Shown here piece by piece: positions 1 through 10,100 of a DNA stretch of 32,000 nucleotides. The stretch spans positions 1,500,001 to 1,532,000 of the forward strand of contig NZ_CP010904.1 in NCBI RefSeq assembly GCF_001017655.1. Reading direction: 5' to 3'. Under the pieces are notes generated by a model. The model ran no database searches, was not told the DNA's origin, and saw only the letters and a program-made list of their open reading frames with translations. The DNA comes from Kiritimatiella glycovorans. GTDB taxonomy: Bacteria > Verrucomicrobiota > Kiritimatiellia > Kiritimatiellales > Kiritimatiellaceae. The translations under genes and the position numbers were made by a program. Each line of letters starts with the position of its first letter. Positions within the stretch are counted from its first letter, which is position 1.

Positions 1-972
1 GGCGCGCAGATTGGCCTCGGGAGTCCCGGCGGGTATTTCGCAGCCGGCATTCACGAAATAGGGGTTTCCCACCTGCTCATAGGTGCGCCGGACATGGTCG
101 CGGATCGCCTGCGTCGAACCCCGGGCCACTCCCTGCGCCGGGTCAATATTCCCCGCCAGGACCGTGCGACCGCCTACGGCATCGCGGACCGCCTTCATAT
201 CCACCATGTGATCGACATCGAGCACGTCGATATGGAGATCGGCGATGCCGGGGAGCAGATGGGTGATCTCGCCGCAGATGTGGAGCTTGACGCGCGCGCC
301 AAAGCCGTGGATCGCCTCAACCAGCCTCTTTTCCCGCGGCTGAACCAGCCGTTCATACAAGTCAGGCGAGATCTGGCTCGCCACCGCATCGCCGACCCCA
401 ATCATATCGGCGCCGGCTTCCACCTGGACCCGCGCGAAATCGACCGCCGCCTTCAGGCAGCGGTCCATAAGCTCCGCGGCAAAAACCTCATCGTCGTAGA
501 AATCCATCATCAGATTACTCGTTCCGCGCAGATCGGCGGCCTCGGCAGCAGGACCCTCGATCCAGCCCAGTATCGAATACACCCCTGCGCATTTACTTTT
601 GAACAAACGCACCGCGTCGAGGCGATCGCGCATGCGGTCCGACTGCTCCGGATCAGGATCCTTCAGCAGCGAAAAATCCCGTCGTTCCGCCATCGGCGGA
701 GTGCAGCGGGGCACGCCGTCCCTGACGAATTCAATCTGACCGCCGAACCCGGCCGCCTCGCGATACGGGTCGGAGATCGCGCTCACCTGATCCATGCCGA
801 AATCTTCGGCACAGCGCAGGTTGGCCTCCACCAGCACGCGATGATCCGAGGCGAAGGCTCCGTAGTCGGAGCCGATATACTCCGCCGCATACTGCATGAG
901 GATCGGCGTTCTCGGCACGAAATCGCACACCTCTCCTTCAAGCATGGCGTCTGTCCGTTCTTTTCCGGTCAT
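1..972 (-). CDS. Uroporphyrinogen decarboxylase (URO-D) family protein, MtaA/CmuA-like methyltransferase type; 3' end runs off the left edge
   Basis: Reverse-strand ATG at 972 is preceded by a GGAGAAAGCC Shine-Dalgarno. The frame stays open to base 1, so it is missing from the complete-ORF track. Hand translation starts MTGKERTDAMLEGEVCDFVPRTPILMQYAAEYIGSDYG and contains GARVKLHICGEITHLLPGIA, both typical of the URO-D fold family. ORF 94..1068 + is its antisense shadow. Confidence 0.7.
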   Translation of the reverse strand, partial: MTGKERTDAMLEGEVCDFVPRTPILMQYAAEYIGSDYGAFASDHRVLVEANLRCAEDFGMDQVSAISDPYREAAGFGGQIEFVRDGVPRCTPPMAERRDFSLLKDPDPEQSDRMRDRLDAVRLFKSKCAGVYSILGWIEGPAAEAADLRGTSNLMMDFYDDEVFAAELMDRCLKAAVDFARVQVEAGADMIGVGDAVASQISPDLYERLVQPREKRLVEAIHGFGARVKLHICGEITHLLPGIADLHIDVLDVDHMVDMKAVRDAVGGRTVLAGNIDPAQGVARGSTQAIRDHVRRTYEQVGNPYFVNAGCEIPAGTPEANLRA

Positions 973-1003
973 GGCTTTCTCCTTTATCCGCTGGTTCTTT
1001 CTT

Positions 1004-2758
1004 TTAACCCTGCACCGCACCAAGGGGGCCTTCAAGCCGCGCCGGAGCGGACCCCCGAACGGAATTGATCACCCTGCATTCGTCCGCGTTACGCGCTTCC
1101 TCGATCGTCACCACCCGCTCGTCCGCCGCGCCCCGATCCAGAAGATCGCCCCGGGCGGTCCCCGCGAGCAATCCGCTCCCGACGGGCGGGGTGACCCATC
1201 GGGCGCCGAAACGGAACAGTACGTTCGCGATGCAGGTCTCGGTCACCTCGCCCCGCTCGTTCCACAGCAGGGCCTCTGTTCCCTTCGGCATCCCCGAAGA
1301 CGCGCGCTCGTACACCGCCCGGCGGGTGGTCTTATGGTACAGGAACGGATCGTCCGGGTCCACGGGTTCCGGCGCGGGAGCGAGCACCACCCCCGCAGCG
1401 GGCCAAGGCTCCAGGGGCCGCGCAGTAAGCCGCACCTTCCCCGAAACGTCCATGGTCAGGCGCACACGCATCGGGACGTCCCCGAATCCCGCGGCGGCTT
1501 CGTCGAGTTTCCGGCGCACCGCATCCACGTCGCACTCGTACCCGAAGTATTGAGCCGACTGCCGCAGGCGGGTCAGATGCCGGTCCAGGAGGACGCAGCC
1601 GCTGCCGGGGCACCAGCGTATCGTTTCGAGCAAGTCGAATTCAGGACGCTTCCCCTCGAGGACGCGTGCCTTAGCCCGGCACTCCGCCATTTCCGCGTCC
1701 ACGTCGGAGTCCCAGACGATACCGCCCCCTACCCCGTACACGGCCCGGGAATCGCGGGCGGGAAAATGCGCGGTGCGTATGGCGACGTTGAACTGCGCCC
1801 GCCGGCCCGGAGCGAGATAGCCGATGCTCCCGCAGTAGATGCCCCTCGGCGAAGTCTCGAGATCGGCGATCACCTCCATGGTGCGCCGTTTGGGCGCGCC
1901 GGTCACCGACGCGGCCGGGAAGAGCGCGCCGAAGATCTCTGAGGGGCTGGCCCGGGTCCGGCCGCGCACCGTACTCGTCATCTGCCATACCGAGGGATAG
2001 CGCTCCACGTCAAAAAGCGCGGGGGTCGTGACCGTGCCCGTCTCCGCGATGCGCCCCAGGTCGTGGCGCACCATGTCCACGATCATCACGTTCTCCGCGC
2101 GCTCCTTATCCGAATCGCGGAGCATGGCCGCACGGCGCACGTCGGAGGCGTAGTCGGGGGCGCGCGGGGCCGTACCTTTCATCGGCCGCGAGGTCAGCAC
2201 CTCGCCGTCGAGGGTGAAGAGGAGTTCGGGCGAGGCCGAACAGATCACCCCCCCGCCGTAGTCGACCAGGGCGCCGTACCCCGGGCAGCGCGCGTCGGTC
2301 AGCTTCCCGAAGAAGGCACGGGGGTCCGCGGGCATCGATCCGTACAGACGATGGGTGTAATTCACCTGGTAGGTCTCGCCGGAGGCGATGTATTTCTTGA
2401 TCGCCTCGAATCCCTGCGCATAGGCCGCCGCCGAAACGGAAGGGGTCCACTTCACGGGCGGACACGTTTCGGTCTCTTCCGGGAGTTCCGCACTCACGGG
2501 CGGAGAGAACAATCCGAACCACAGCAGCGGCAGATCCGGTTCCTGCGCGTGCGCCGGAAGCGCCGGGTCCAGTCCCGGCGCGGCCTCGTAGGCGAGAAAC
2601 CCCGCCGCCCAGCATCCTTCGTGCTCCACCGCCTGTTCGATGCGGCGGAGCGCGGGGGTCACCTCCCGCGGACTTTCCGCACGCGCTATTTCGACCGGCT
2701 CCGTAAACCGCAGCCATCCGCGCGCCCCCGCGGCATAGAGTATGATTTCCGGCGCCAT
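1004..2758 (-). CDS. pabB: Aminodeoxychorismate synthase component I fused to an aminodeoxychorismate-lyase-like class IV aminotransferase domain (PabB-PabC fusion)
   Basis: ORF 1004..2887. The N-terminal part is a chorismate-binding domain (SRPMKGTAPR, SVTGAPK, GGGIVWDSD). The C-terminal ~200 aa are fold-type IV/ADC-lyase-like (FDLLETIRW, FLYHKTTRR, LLAGTARG). Start moved to ATG 2758 (MAPEIILY) because the longer version overlaps the upstream gene and is Arg/Gly-rich. Confidence 0.8.
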   Translation of the reverse strand: MAPEIILYAAGARGWLRFTEPVEIARAESPREVTPALRRIEQAVEHEGCWAAGFLAYEAAPGLDPALPAHAQEPDLPLLWFGLFSPPVSAELPEETETCPPVKWTPSVSAAAYAQGFEAIKKYIASGETYQVNYTHRLYGSMPADPRAFFGKLTDARCPGYGALVDYGGGVICSASPELLFTLDGEVLTSRPMKGTAPRAPDYASDVRRAAMLRDSDKERAENVMIVDMVRHDLGRIAETGTVTTPALFDVERYPSVWQMTSTVRGRTRASPSEIFGALFPAASVTGAPKRRTMEVIADLETSPRGIYCGSIGYLAPGRRAQFNVAIRTAHFPARDSRAVYGVGGGIVWDSDVDAEMAECRAKARVLEGKRPEFDLLETIRWCPGSGCVLLDRHLTRLRQSAQYFGYECDVDAVRRKLDEAAAGFGDVPMRVRLTMDVSGKVRLTARPLEPWPAAGVVLAPAPEPVDPDDPFLYHKTTRRAVYERASSGMPKGTEALLWNERGEVTETCIANVLFRFGARWVTPPVGSGLLAGTARGDLLDRGAADERVVTIEEARNADECRVINSVRGSAPARLEGPLGAVQG

Positions 2759-2772
2759 GATTCCGCCCGGCG

Positions 2773-3273
2773 TCAGTCCGCCCGCGAACCGTTCCCCTCC
2801 CCCCGTATCCGGCGGATCAGGGCGGTGGTGGAAAATCCTTCGACCAGATCGGCCAGCACCACGCGGCCTCCGTGCGCCTCCACGCATTCGCGGCCGCTCA
2901 CGTAGTGGGCCCAGTCCTTCCCCTTAACCAGCACGTCGGGCACGATCTCCTCGATCAGCGCGCGGGGCTCGTCCTCCTCGAAAAGAACCACGAAGTCGAC
3001 ACATTCGAGCCCGGCGAGCATTTCCGCCCGGCGGTGCTCTTCTGCGAAAGGCCGTTCCGTCCCCTTGTTGCGCCGCACCGACGCATCGGAGTTGACCCCC
3101 ACGCAAAGCGCGTCGCCCTGCCCGCGCGCGAACTCGAGATAACGGAGATGGCCGACGTGAAGCAGGTCGAAGCAGCCGTTGGTGAATACGAGCGTCCCGC
3201 CCGCTTCGCGGAGCTGACGACGCAGGCCGGGCATAGCCTCCCGCGCCGTGATTTTTTCTTCAGCCGTTCTCAT
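2773..3273 (-). CDS. rfaE2: D-glycero-beta-D-manno-heptose 1-phosphate adenylyltransferase (RfaE domain II / HldC-type cytidylyltransferase)
   Basis: 166-aa ORF with VFTNGCFDLLHVGHLRYL (HxGH nucleotidyltransferase motif), VGVNSDASVRRNKG and VLVKGKDW. ATG at 3273. Confidence 0.85.
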   Translation of the reverse strand: MRTAEEKITAREAMPGLRRQLREAGGTLVFTNGCFDLLHVGHLRYLEFARGQGDALCVGVNSDASVRRNKGTERPFAEEHRRAEMLAGLECVDFVVLFEEDEPRALIEEIVPDVLVKGKDWAHYVSGRECVEAHGGRVVLADLVEGFSTTALIRRIRGEGNGSRAD

Positions 3274-5380
3274 CCGGTTCCTTTCCCTTCACCCATTCGA
3301 GGATGTCTGCGGGCAGCGGCTTTACGGAGACCAGGCGGCAGATGATCTCGCCTTCCTCGCCGGGCACGCGCACATTCTCCCCTTCACCGTGTCCCTCGAG
3401 CGCCTGGGCGAGGGCCGTCTGCGAAGAGATGATCCCGCGTTCCTCGTCTCCGTCCCAGCACCCGAGGATAATGTAGCGGTCGCGCCGCCCGCCCGAGTAG
3501 CCCAGCTCGACCACGGTTGCCGTTCCCGCTTTCTCCGCGCCGTAGCCGCTGAAATCGGTTGGCTTCACGCGGTCGAGCATCGACTCGAGTTCGCGGACGC
3601 GCTGCGCCAGCAGCCGCTGCCGTTCCTTGGCCGCCTTGTACTCCGCGTTTTCGCGGAGGTCGCCGTAGCTGCGTGCGTGCTCGATCTCGCGCGCATTTTC
3701 CGGAATTCGGCGCTGCACGAGGTCGCGGTACTCCTCTTCCCGGGCGCGGTAACTCCGGATCGAGGTGACCGGAACCTCCTCCGCCTCACCGCGCCGGGCC
3801 TGCTGTTCGTCAAGGATCACCTGGTGCAGTTCGGGGCGTGCTTTGACGATCTTGCCCAGCACGGCATTGCGATCGAGAGTCGACCACGCCGAACTCCGGC
3901 TGATCCGGCGGACGAATTCGCTGCGCCGCCGCTCCGGCATCTCCTCGAGAATCCGCGCCAGCCACTCCGGATCCTGAAAGGCTTCGCGGATCGGGCGCGC
4001 GGCCGTGGAGCCGATTTCGTCGAGCAGCAGAAAGGCGAACTCGCCGCGGGATGCGATGTTCCACTCTTCGAGACGGTCCGAATTGCGCAGCAGCCAATAG
4101 AGAAGTCCGGGCGCCGCGGTCCGGCGGTTCAGCTCCTCGCGTATACGCGCCGCACAGGCTTCGCCGGCCCCGTGCTCCACGGCGTACGGGACGAGTTCGT
4201 TCAGCACGGGCGTACTGCAGCGGTTGAGCAGGTCCGCCAGGCCGGTGGCGGAAGAATCGCCGTGAGCGGTGACCCAGTCGAGGAACTCGCGCACCCTTTT
4301 CACGGGCAGCCCCTCCAGCGCCTGCGTGAGCGCATCCGGATCGTTCAATTCCTCCGCACCCTCCCGGCGTCCGGGGCGTTCGGGCTCGAGATTCCAGCCC
4401 GCGGCGATCAGCGCAGCCCGTGCGACCCGCGTCGCATTCCCCCTTGCGGCGTCCATGACGAAGCCGAGTCGCTCCGCCGCAACGGCCCGCATACGCTCGT
4501 CGAGCTCGATGCCGCGTGCCTGGGCCGCCTCGAATCCGTCGAGAAGGGTTCCCGCATCGCGCTCCTCCGCCATCTCTTCAAACCAGCTCCGATCGTAGCT
4601 TCGAGCCTCGCGACGCACACGGATCGGCTCTTCACGCCGCTGCGGCCAGTCGACGAGCGGGTCCTCCCGGGCGGCGGCGCGCGCGCGGTCGATAAAGGAC
4701 TTCCACTCGCCGGGTTCGATGATGACCGGAACGAGCGCATCCCCGAGTTCGTCCTGTGTCGAAGGCCCGAAGTGCGCGAGCGCCCGCTTCAGGACCGCCA
4801 GCGGCTCTTTGCGGATCATCCGCCGCAGTTCGTCGGGGTCGCGCTCCCGCAACGTGTAGAGATGATCTTCCGATACGGGTTCGAGTCGTTCCGCGGCCTG
4901 TTCGAACGGAACCTCGCGCTCATCCCGCTGCGATTCGAATTCGACCACCACCCGACGGTACAGATCGTCCACCCGCTCAATCCGGCCGAGGCCCCAGGTG
5001 CGGTCGTAGCACAGGCTCCCCGACTCGAAACCCCACAGTTTGAACAGGCGGCGGAAGGCCTCCGCGGGCGGGATGGATTCGAACCCCGCGGCTTCCACCA
5101 GCTTGCGCTCGCGATGATGGCGGGCGAACAGACGCCGCACGGCTTCGACCCGGTCTTCCGGCCGGTCCCCGTACCGTCCGAACTCGCAGACCTGCCAGCG
5201 GAGCGTTTCCGCGGCGTCCCGGATCGCCCCCTGCTCCGCGAGGGTGTCGAGCAGAAGATCCGACCAGTCCGACGCCGTGTCGGGGTCGCCTTCCTCATGC
5301 TTCGCCCTGACCGCATCCAGCAGGGCGGCCGCATCCTTCTCTTCCGACTCGAGCTGTGCCAGAAACTGTGCTTCGTCCAT
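3260..5380 (-). CDS. Large GreA/GreB-family protein: ~550-aa uncharacterised N-terminal region plus C-terminal Gre factor domain
   Basis: ORF 3260..5464. The C-terminal ~155 aa carry the Gre coiled-coil signature YGDLRENAEYKAAKERQ followed by a globular domain. Start set to ATG 5380 (MDEAQFLAQL), preceded by GCGGAGGATC. The stop overlaps the rfaE2 start by 14 nt. Confidence 0.75.
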   Translation of the reverse strand: MDEAQFLAQLESEEKDAAALLDAVRAKHEEGDPDTASDWSDLLLDTLAEQGAIRDAAETLRWQVCEFGRYGDRPEDRVEAVRRLFARHHRERKLVEAAGFESIPPAEAFRRLFKLWGFESGSLCYDRTWGLGRIERVDDLYRRVVVEFESQRDEREVPFEQAAERLEPVSEDHLYTLRERDPDELRRMIRKEPLAVLKRALAHFGPSTQDELGDALVPVIIEPGEWKSFIDRARAAAREDPLVDWPQRREEPIRVRREARSYDRSWFEEMAEERDAGTLLDGFEAAQARGIELDERMRAVAAERLGFVMDAARGNATRVARAALIAAGWNLEPERPGRREGAEELNDPDALTQALEGLPVKRVREFLDWVTAHGDSSATGLADLLNRCSTPVLNELVPYAVEHGAGEACAARIREELNRRTAAPGLLYWLLRNSDRLEEWNIASRGEFAFLLLDEIGSTAARPIREAFQDPEWLARILEEMPERRRSEFVRRISRSSAWSTLDRNAVLGKIVKARPELHQVILDEQQARRGEAEEVPVTSIRSYRAREEEYRDLVQRRIPENAREIEHARSYGDLRENAEYKAAKERQRLLAQRVRELESMLDRVKPTDFSGYGAEKAGTATVVELGYSGGRRDRYIILGCWDGDEERGIISSQTALAQALEGHGEGENVRVPGEEGEIICRLVSVKPLPADILEWVKGKEPDENG

Positions 5381-5548
5381 GATCCTCCGCTCCGTCCCGT
5401 GGTCCGAAACGGAGATTTCACCATGAAGCGCAGAACAACGGGAAGAAAAAACGGTCCCCGGCATAAACCACGGGTGGAAGAAGAAATCGCGCCCTTAAAG
5501 GATATCCTGCGGACCGTTCCAGCCGCCAGGATTCCAGAGTTCCCGAAT

Positions 5549-7003
5549 TCAAGCCTCCCCGATCCCCTTCGTCTCTCCGTCGATCCACGCGCGGACGCCT
5601 TCGGCGGCGTCCTGTCCGTCCCGGATGGCGCTCACCACGAGCGAGGCGCCGAGGGCCATATCGCCGGCGACGAAGACTCCTTCGAGACTGGTCCGGTGTC
5701 GCTCGTCGCGCGCGACGCGGCCACGTTCGTCGATCCGGAGATCGAGATCGTACATGTAGTTCGAGGGGGCCGGCTTGACAAATCCCATCGCCAGCAGGAC
5801 CAGGTCAGCCTGAAGGGTGAATTCCGAGCCTGCGACTTCGCGCGGGACGGGTCGCCCTCCCTCTTCAGGTTCAACCCATTCCACCCTGACGCAGTTCAGC
5901 TGTCTCACACGGTTTTCCGCATCGCCCTCGAACGACTTCGTCATGACCGACCACCGTCGCTCGCAGCCTTCTTTGTGGCTGCTGGAGGTGCGCAGCGAAC
6001 GCGGCCACAGGGGCCAGGGCGTGTCGCCCGGACGTTCCTTCGGGGGCTCGGGAAGGATCTCGAGCTGCGTCACGCTTTCGGCCCCCTGCCGGTTCGCGGT
6101 CCCCACGCAGTCGGCGCCCGTATCCCCGCCGCCGATGACCACGACATGGCGTCCCTCCGCATGGACACGGCGATCTTCCCGGACCGGTTCCCCCTCGTTG
6201 AGCAGGTTCTGGCAGCTCAGGAAGTCCATAGCGAAATGGATGCCGTCGAGCTCGCGTCCCGGGACCTCCAGATCGCGCGGCTCACGCGCCCCCCCGGTCA
6301 GCACGACCGCGTCGTAGCGCCGCCTCAGGAAACGGAAGGACAAGTCCGAGCCGATCTCCACGCCGCATTCAAACACGATGCCCTCGCGCTCCATCACCTC
6401 GACGCGGCGGTCGATGATCCATTTCTCCATCTTGAAGTCCGGGATGCCGTAGCGCAGCAGTCCGCCCGGACGGGGCGCGCTGTCAAAAACCGTGACCCTG
6501 AACCCGACACGATTGAGCTCATAGGCGGCGGAGAGCCCCGCCGGACCGGATCCGACCACGGCCACGGTCTGATCGCGCCGGTTCTCGGGCGGGCGGTTCG
6601 GGAAGAAGCCCTCCTCGAATCCGCGCTCCACGATCTCAAGCTCCATCTGACGGATCGTGACCGGATCGGCGTTGATGCCCAGTACGCAGGACGTCTCGCA
6701 CGGCGCAGGACAGATCCTGCCCGTGAACTCGGGAAACGGGTTGGTCGAGAGCAAAATCTCCAGCGCATCCCGCCAGCGTCCGTGAAAGACGTGCTCGTTG
6801 AACTCCGGTATCACGTTCCCGACAGGACACCCGTGCGCGTGACAGAACGGCACCCCGCAGTCCATACAGCGCGCGCTCTGCCGGCGCACCTCCTCCGGAT
6901 CCAGGCGGCGCTCCACGGCGCGGAAATCACGCACCCGCTCCTCGATTGGCCGGTAACCGGGTTCGCGCCGCCTGTACTTTATGAAGCCTCGATTCTTGTC
7001 CAT
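5549..7003 (-). CDS. gltD: Glutamate synthase (NADPH) small subunit
   Basis: 484 aa with CMDCGVPFCH, VAVVGSGPAGLSAAYEL and VVVIGGGDTGADC. Lies directly downstream of gltB. Confidence 0.9.
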   Translation of the reverse strand: MDKNRGFIKYRRREPGYRPIEERVRDFRAVERRLDPEEVRRQSARCMDCGVPFCHAHGCPVGNVIPEFNEHVFHGRWRDALEILLSTNPFPEFTGRICPAPCETSCVLGINADPVTIRQMELEIVERGFEEGFFPNRPPENRRDQTVAVVGSGPAGLSAAYELNRVGFRVTVFDSAPRPGGLLRYGIPDFKMEKWIIDRRVEVMEREGIVFECGVEIGSDLSFRFLRRRYDAVVLTGGAREPRDLEVPGRELDGIHFAMDFLSCQNLLNEGEPVREDRRVHAEGRHVVVIGGGDTGADCVGTANRQGAESVTQLEILPEPPKERPGDTPWPLWPRSLRTSSSHKEGCERRWSVMTKSFEGDAENRVRQLNCVRVEWVEPEEGGRPVPREVAGSEFTLQADLVLLAMGFVKPAPSNYMYDLDLRIDERGRVARDERHRTSLEGVFVAGDMALGASLVVSAIRDGQDAAEGVRAWIDGETKGIGEA

Positions 7004-7113
7004 TATTCTTCCCGCGCCTTAGGTTCCCCTTTGCGGTCGCCGCCCGATTCTGCTCGCGTCCCCTGTGCTTTTTTTGTGGCCATTCTTAATTCTTCCCCGC
7101 TTAACTTCGCGGC

Positions 7114-10100
7114 TCAGCGGGTCATCACCTCTTCACGCTCGGTGGCCTCGTCCTCGCGGCTCATGCGTCCGAGCACTCGGCGGTATTCCATCGGGAAGAC
7201 CTTGATGAACCGGCGGCGGCAGGCGTCCCAGTGTTCGAGGATATAGGCCGCTTTAGGGCTGCCGGTGTACTGCCGGTGCTGTTCGATCAGCTCCCGCAAT
7301 TCGCGCTCGTCTTCCTCCTCCTCGACCAGTTCGAGGTCGATCATCTCGAGGTTGCACTTGTCGTCGAACATCCCCGTCTCGTCGTAGACGTAGGCGAGTC
7401 CGCCGCTCATACCGGCGCCGAAATTGACCCCGGTCGGGCCGAGCACGACGATCCGGCCGCCGGTCATGTACTCGCATCCGTGATCGCCGATTCCTTCCAC
7501 GACGGCGCGAGCGCCGCTGTTACGGATCGCGAAGCGTTCGCCGGCCTGACCGTTAAGGTACAGCTCGCCGCAGGTGGCCCCATAGAGCGCGACGTTGCCG
7601 GCGATAATCTGTTCCGAGGGCATGAAGGTCGCGCCCTGCGGCGGGCGCACGATGATCCGCGCACCGGAGAGTCCCTTGCCGAGGTAGTCGTTCGCCTCGC
7701 CTTCGAGCAGGAACGTCATCCCGCGCGCCGCGAACGCGGCGAAGCTCTGGCCGGCCGACCCGCGGCAGCGCAGCGTCACGGTACCGTCCGGCAGCCCTTC
7801 CATCCCGTAGCGGCGTGCGATCCGGCTGGAGAGGATCGTCCCCAGCGTCCGGTGCGTATTGCGCACGGGGAGATCGAGTTCCACGGGCTCCTTGCGTTCG
7901 AGCGCGCGTTCGATGCGCGGGAGGAGCCCGTAATCCACCGCCTCGTTCAGCCCGTGATCCTGCGGGATCGTGCAGCGCACCGCCTCCGGCGGCGCGTCCG
8001 CCCGGTAGAAGATCTGCGAGAAGTCGAGTCCGCGGGCCTTCCAGAATCCGATCGCGCGATTCATCGCGAGCAGGTCGGAGCGCCCGACCATGGCATCCAT
8101 CGTCCGGAACCCGAGCTGCGCCATCAGCTCGCGCACCTCTTCGGCGACCATCAGCAGGAAGTTCACCACGTGTTCCGGCCGTCCGGTGTACCGCCGGCGG
8201 AGTTCGGGGTCCTGGGTCGCGATCCCGACCGGGCAGGTATTGTTATGGCACTTGCGCATCATCACGCAGCCGCAGACGATCAGCGCCGCGGTCGCGAAGC
8301 CGAACTCCTCGGCGCCGAGCAGCGCGCCGACCACCACGTCGCGCCCCGTCTTCATCTGACCGTCCACCTGCAGGCGGACCCGGCTGCGCAGCTCGTTGGC
8401 GACCAGCGTCTGCTGCGTCTCCGCCAGTCCGAGTTCCCACGGCATGCCGGTGTGTTTGATCGACGAAAGCGGCGAGGCGCCCGTGCCGCCGTCGTAACCG
8501 CTGATCAGGATCATGTCCGCGTGCCCCTTGGCCACGCCCGCCGCGACGGTCCCCACCCCGACCTCCGAGACCAGCTTCACCGAGACGCGCGCCTCGTCGT
8601 TGGCATTCTTGAGGTCATAGATGAGCTGGGCGATATCCTCGATCGAATAGATATCGTGATGCGGCGGGGGTGAGATCAGCGTCACGCCGGGCGTGGAGTG
8701 GCGTACGCGGGCGATCTCCCCGTTGACCTTATGGCCCGGGAGCTGGCCGCCCTCGCCGGGCTTGGCCCCCTGGGCGATCTTGATCTGGAGTTCGCGGGCG
8801 TGGACCAGGTACTCGGCGGTGACGCCGAAGCGGCCGGAGGCGATCTGTTTGATGGCGCTGCAGCGGCTGTCGCCGCCGGGCAGGGGCTCGTAGCGGGCGG
8901 GATCCTCTCCGCCCTCCCCGCTGTTGCTCATGCCGCCGAGACGGTTCATGGCGACCGCGAGCGTCTCGTGCGCCTCGCGGCTGATCGAGCCGAAGGACAT
9001 CGCGCCGGTCACGAAGCGCCGCGCGATCTCCGCGGCCGGTTCGACCTCCTCGAGCGCCACCGGCGCCGTTTCCCGGAAGGAGAAGAGTCCGCGCAGTGTA
9101 CTCTGGTGCTCCGTCTGATCGTTGATGCGCCGGGCGTACTCGCGATAGAGGCCGGGGTCGTTCTCGCGCGCGGCGCGCTGGAGCAGCGAGATCGTCTCCG
9201 GCGTCCAGAGGTGGCGTTCGCCGTCGTTGCGGTAGCGGTACTGACCGCCCGCCGGCAGGATGTTCGCCGCGCGCGGGTGCGGCGCGAAGGCCGCGCGGTG
9301 ACGCTCGTTCGCCTCGCGCGCGATCTCGTCGAGCCCGATCCCTTCGATGCGCGAGGGGGTCCCCGTGAAAAATCGGTCGATGACCCGTTGATTCAGACCG
9401 ACGGCCTCGAAGATCTGCGCGCTGCGATAGCTGCGCAGCGTCGAGATGCCCTGTTTCGACATGATCTTCATCAGGCCCTTGCAGTTCGCCTTGATGTAGT
9501 GCTCCAGGGCCTTGCAGACGCCGCAGTCGCGGCTGAGATCGCCGCGGCGGGCCATCTGCGCCACCGACTCGAACGCCAGCCAGGGGTTGATCGCCGACGC
9601 CCCGTAACCGAGAAGCAGCGCCATATGCATCACTTCGCGCGCCTCGCCGGTTTCGACCAGGACACTGATGCTGGTACGCAGACCGCGCTCGACGAGGTGG
9701 CGGTTCACGGCGGCCACGGCCAGCAGCGCCGGGATCGGGGCCCGGTCGGCATCCGCGTCGCGGTCGCTGAGTACGAGGATGCGGTGGCCGGCGCGTACGG
9801 AGGTCTCGGCGTGGGCGCAGAGCGTCTCGATCGCCTCCTCGAGCACCTCGCCTTCCCCGCCGGCGGGAAAGAGCATCGGAAGGGTCACGCAGCGGAAGTC
9901 CGGAAGATTCAGCGAGCGGATGCGCTCCAGGTCCTCGTTGGAGAGGATCGGATGATCCAGCTTGACCAGCCGCGCATGCTGCGGGACCTCGGTCAGGATC
10001 TGATCCGGATTGCCGATGAAGGTCATCAGCGACATCACCAGTTCCTCGCGAATCGGGTCGATCGGCGGGTTGGTGACCTGCGCGAAGAGCTGCTTGAAAT

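Noticed and set aside
2759-2887. N-terminal extension of the pabB ORF (MRGGARRPRGAGRSG...).
   Set aside because: It overlaps the 3' end of rfaE2 and has junk composition. The internal ATG 2758 gives a normal PabB N-terminus.
5071-5090. GGGGTTCGAATCC-like T-loop sequence on the minus strand, which hints at a tRNA or a tRNA-derived attachment site.
   Set aside because: It lies inside the Gre-like CDS, where it encodes ...GFES.... The flanking bases cannot form T-stem or acceptor-stem pairings.
5445-5520. AACGGUCC...GGACCGUUUUUU pairing downstream of gltD, considered as an intrinsic terminator.
   Set aside because: The 8-bp stem encloses a 53-nt interior rather than a compact hairpin. It is plausible but too weak to annotate.
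3248-7246. Very long plus-strand ORF (1332 aa), plus similar long ORFs at 94..1068 +, 7231..8673 +, 8698..11325 +, 11760..12854 -, 18479..20428 +, 20410..23592 +, 24190..25260 -, 25194..26942 - and 27051..28400 -.
   Set aside because: Each lies antisense to a gene with clear family motifs. Their translations are Arg/Ala/Gly/Pro-rich with no recognisable domains, which is typical of stop-poor shadow frames in GC-rich DNA.
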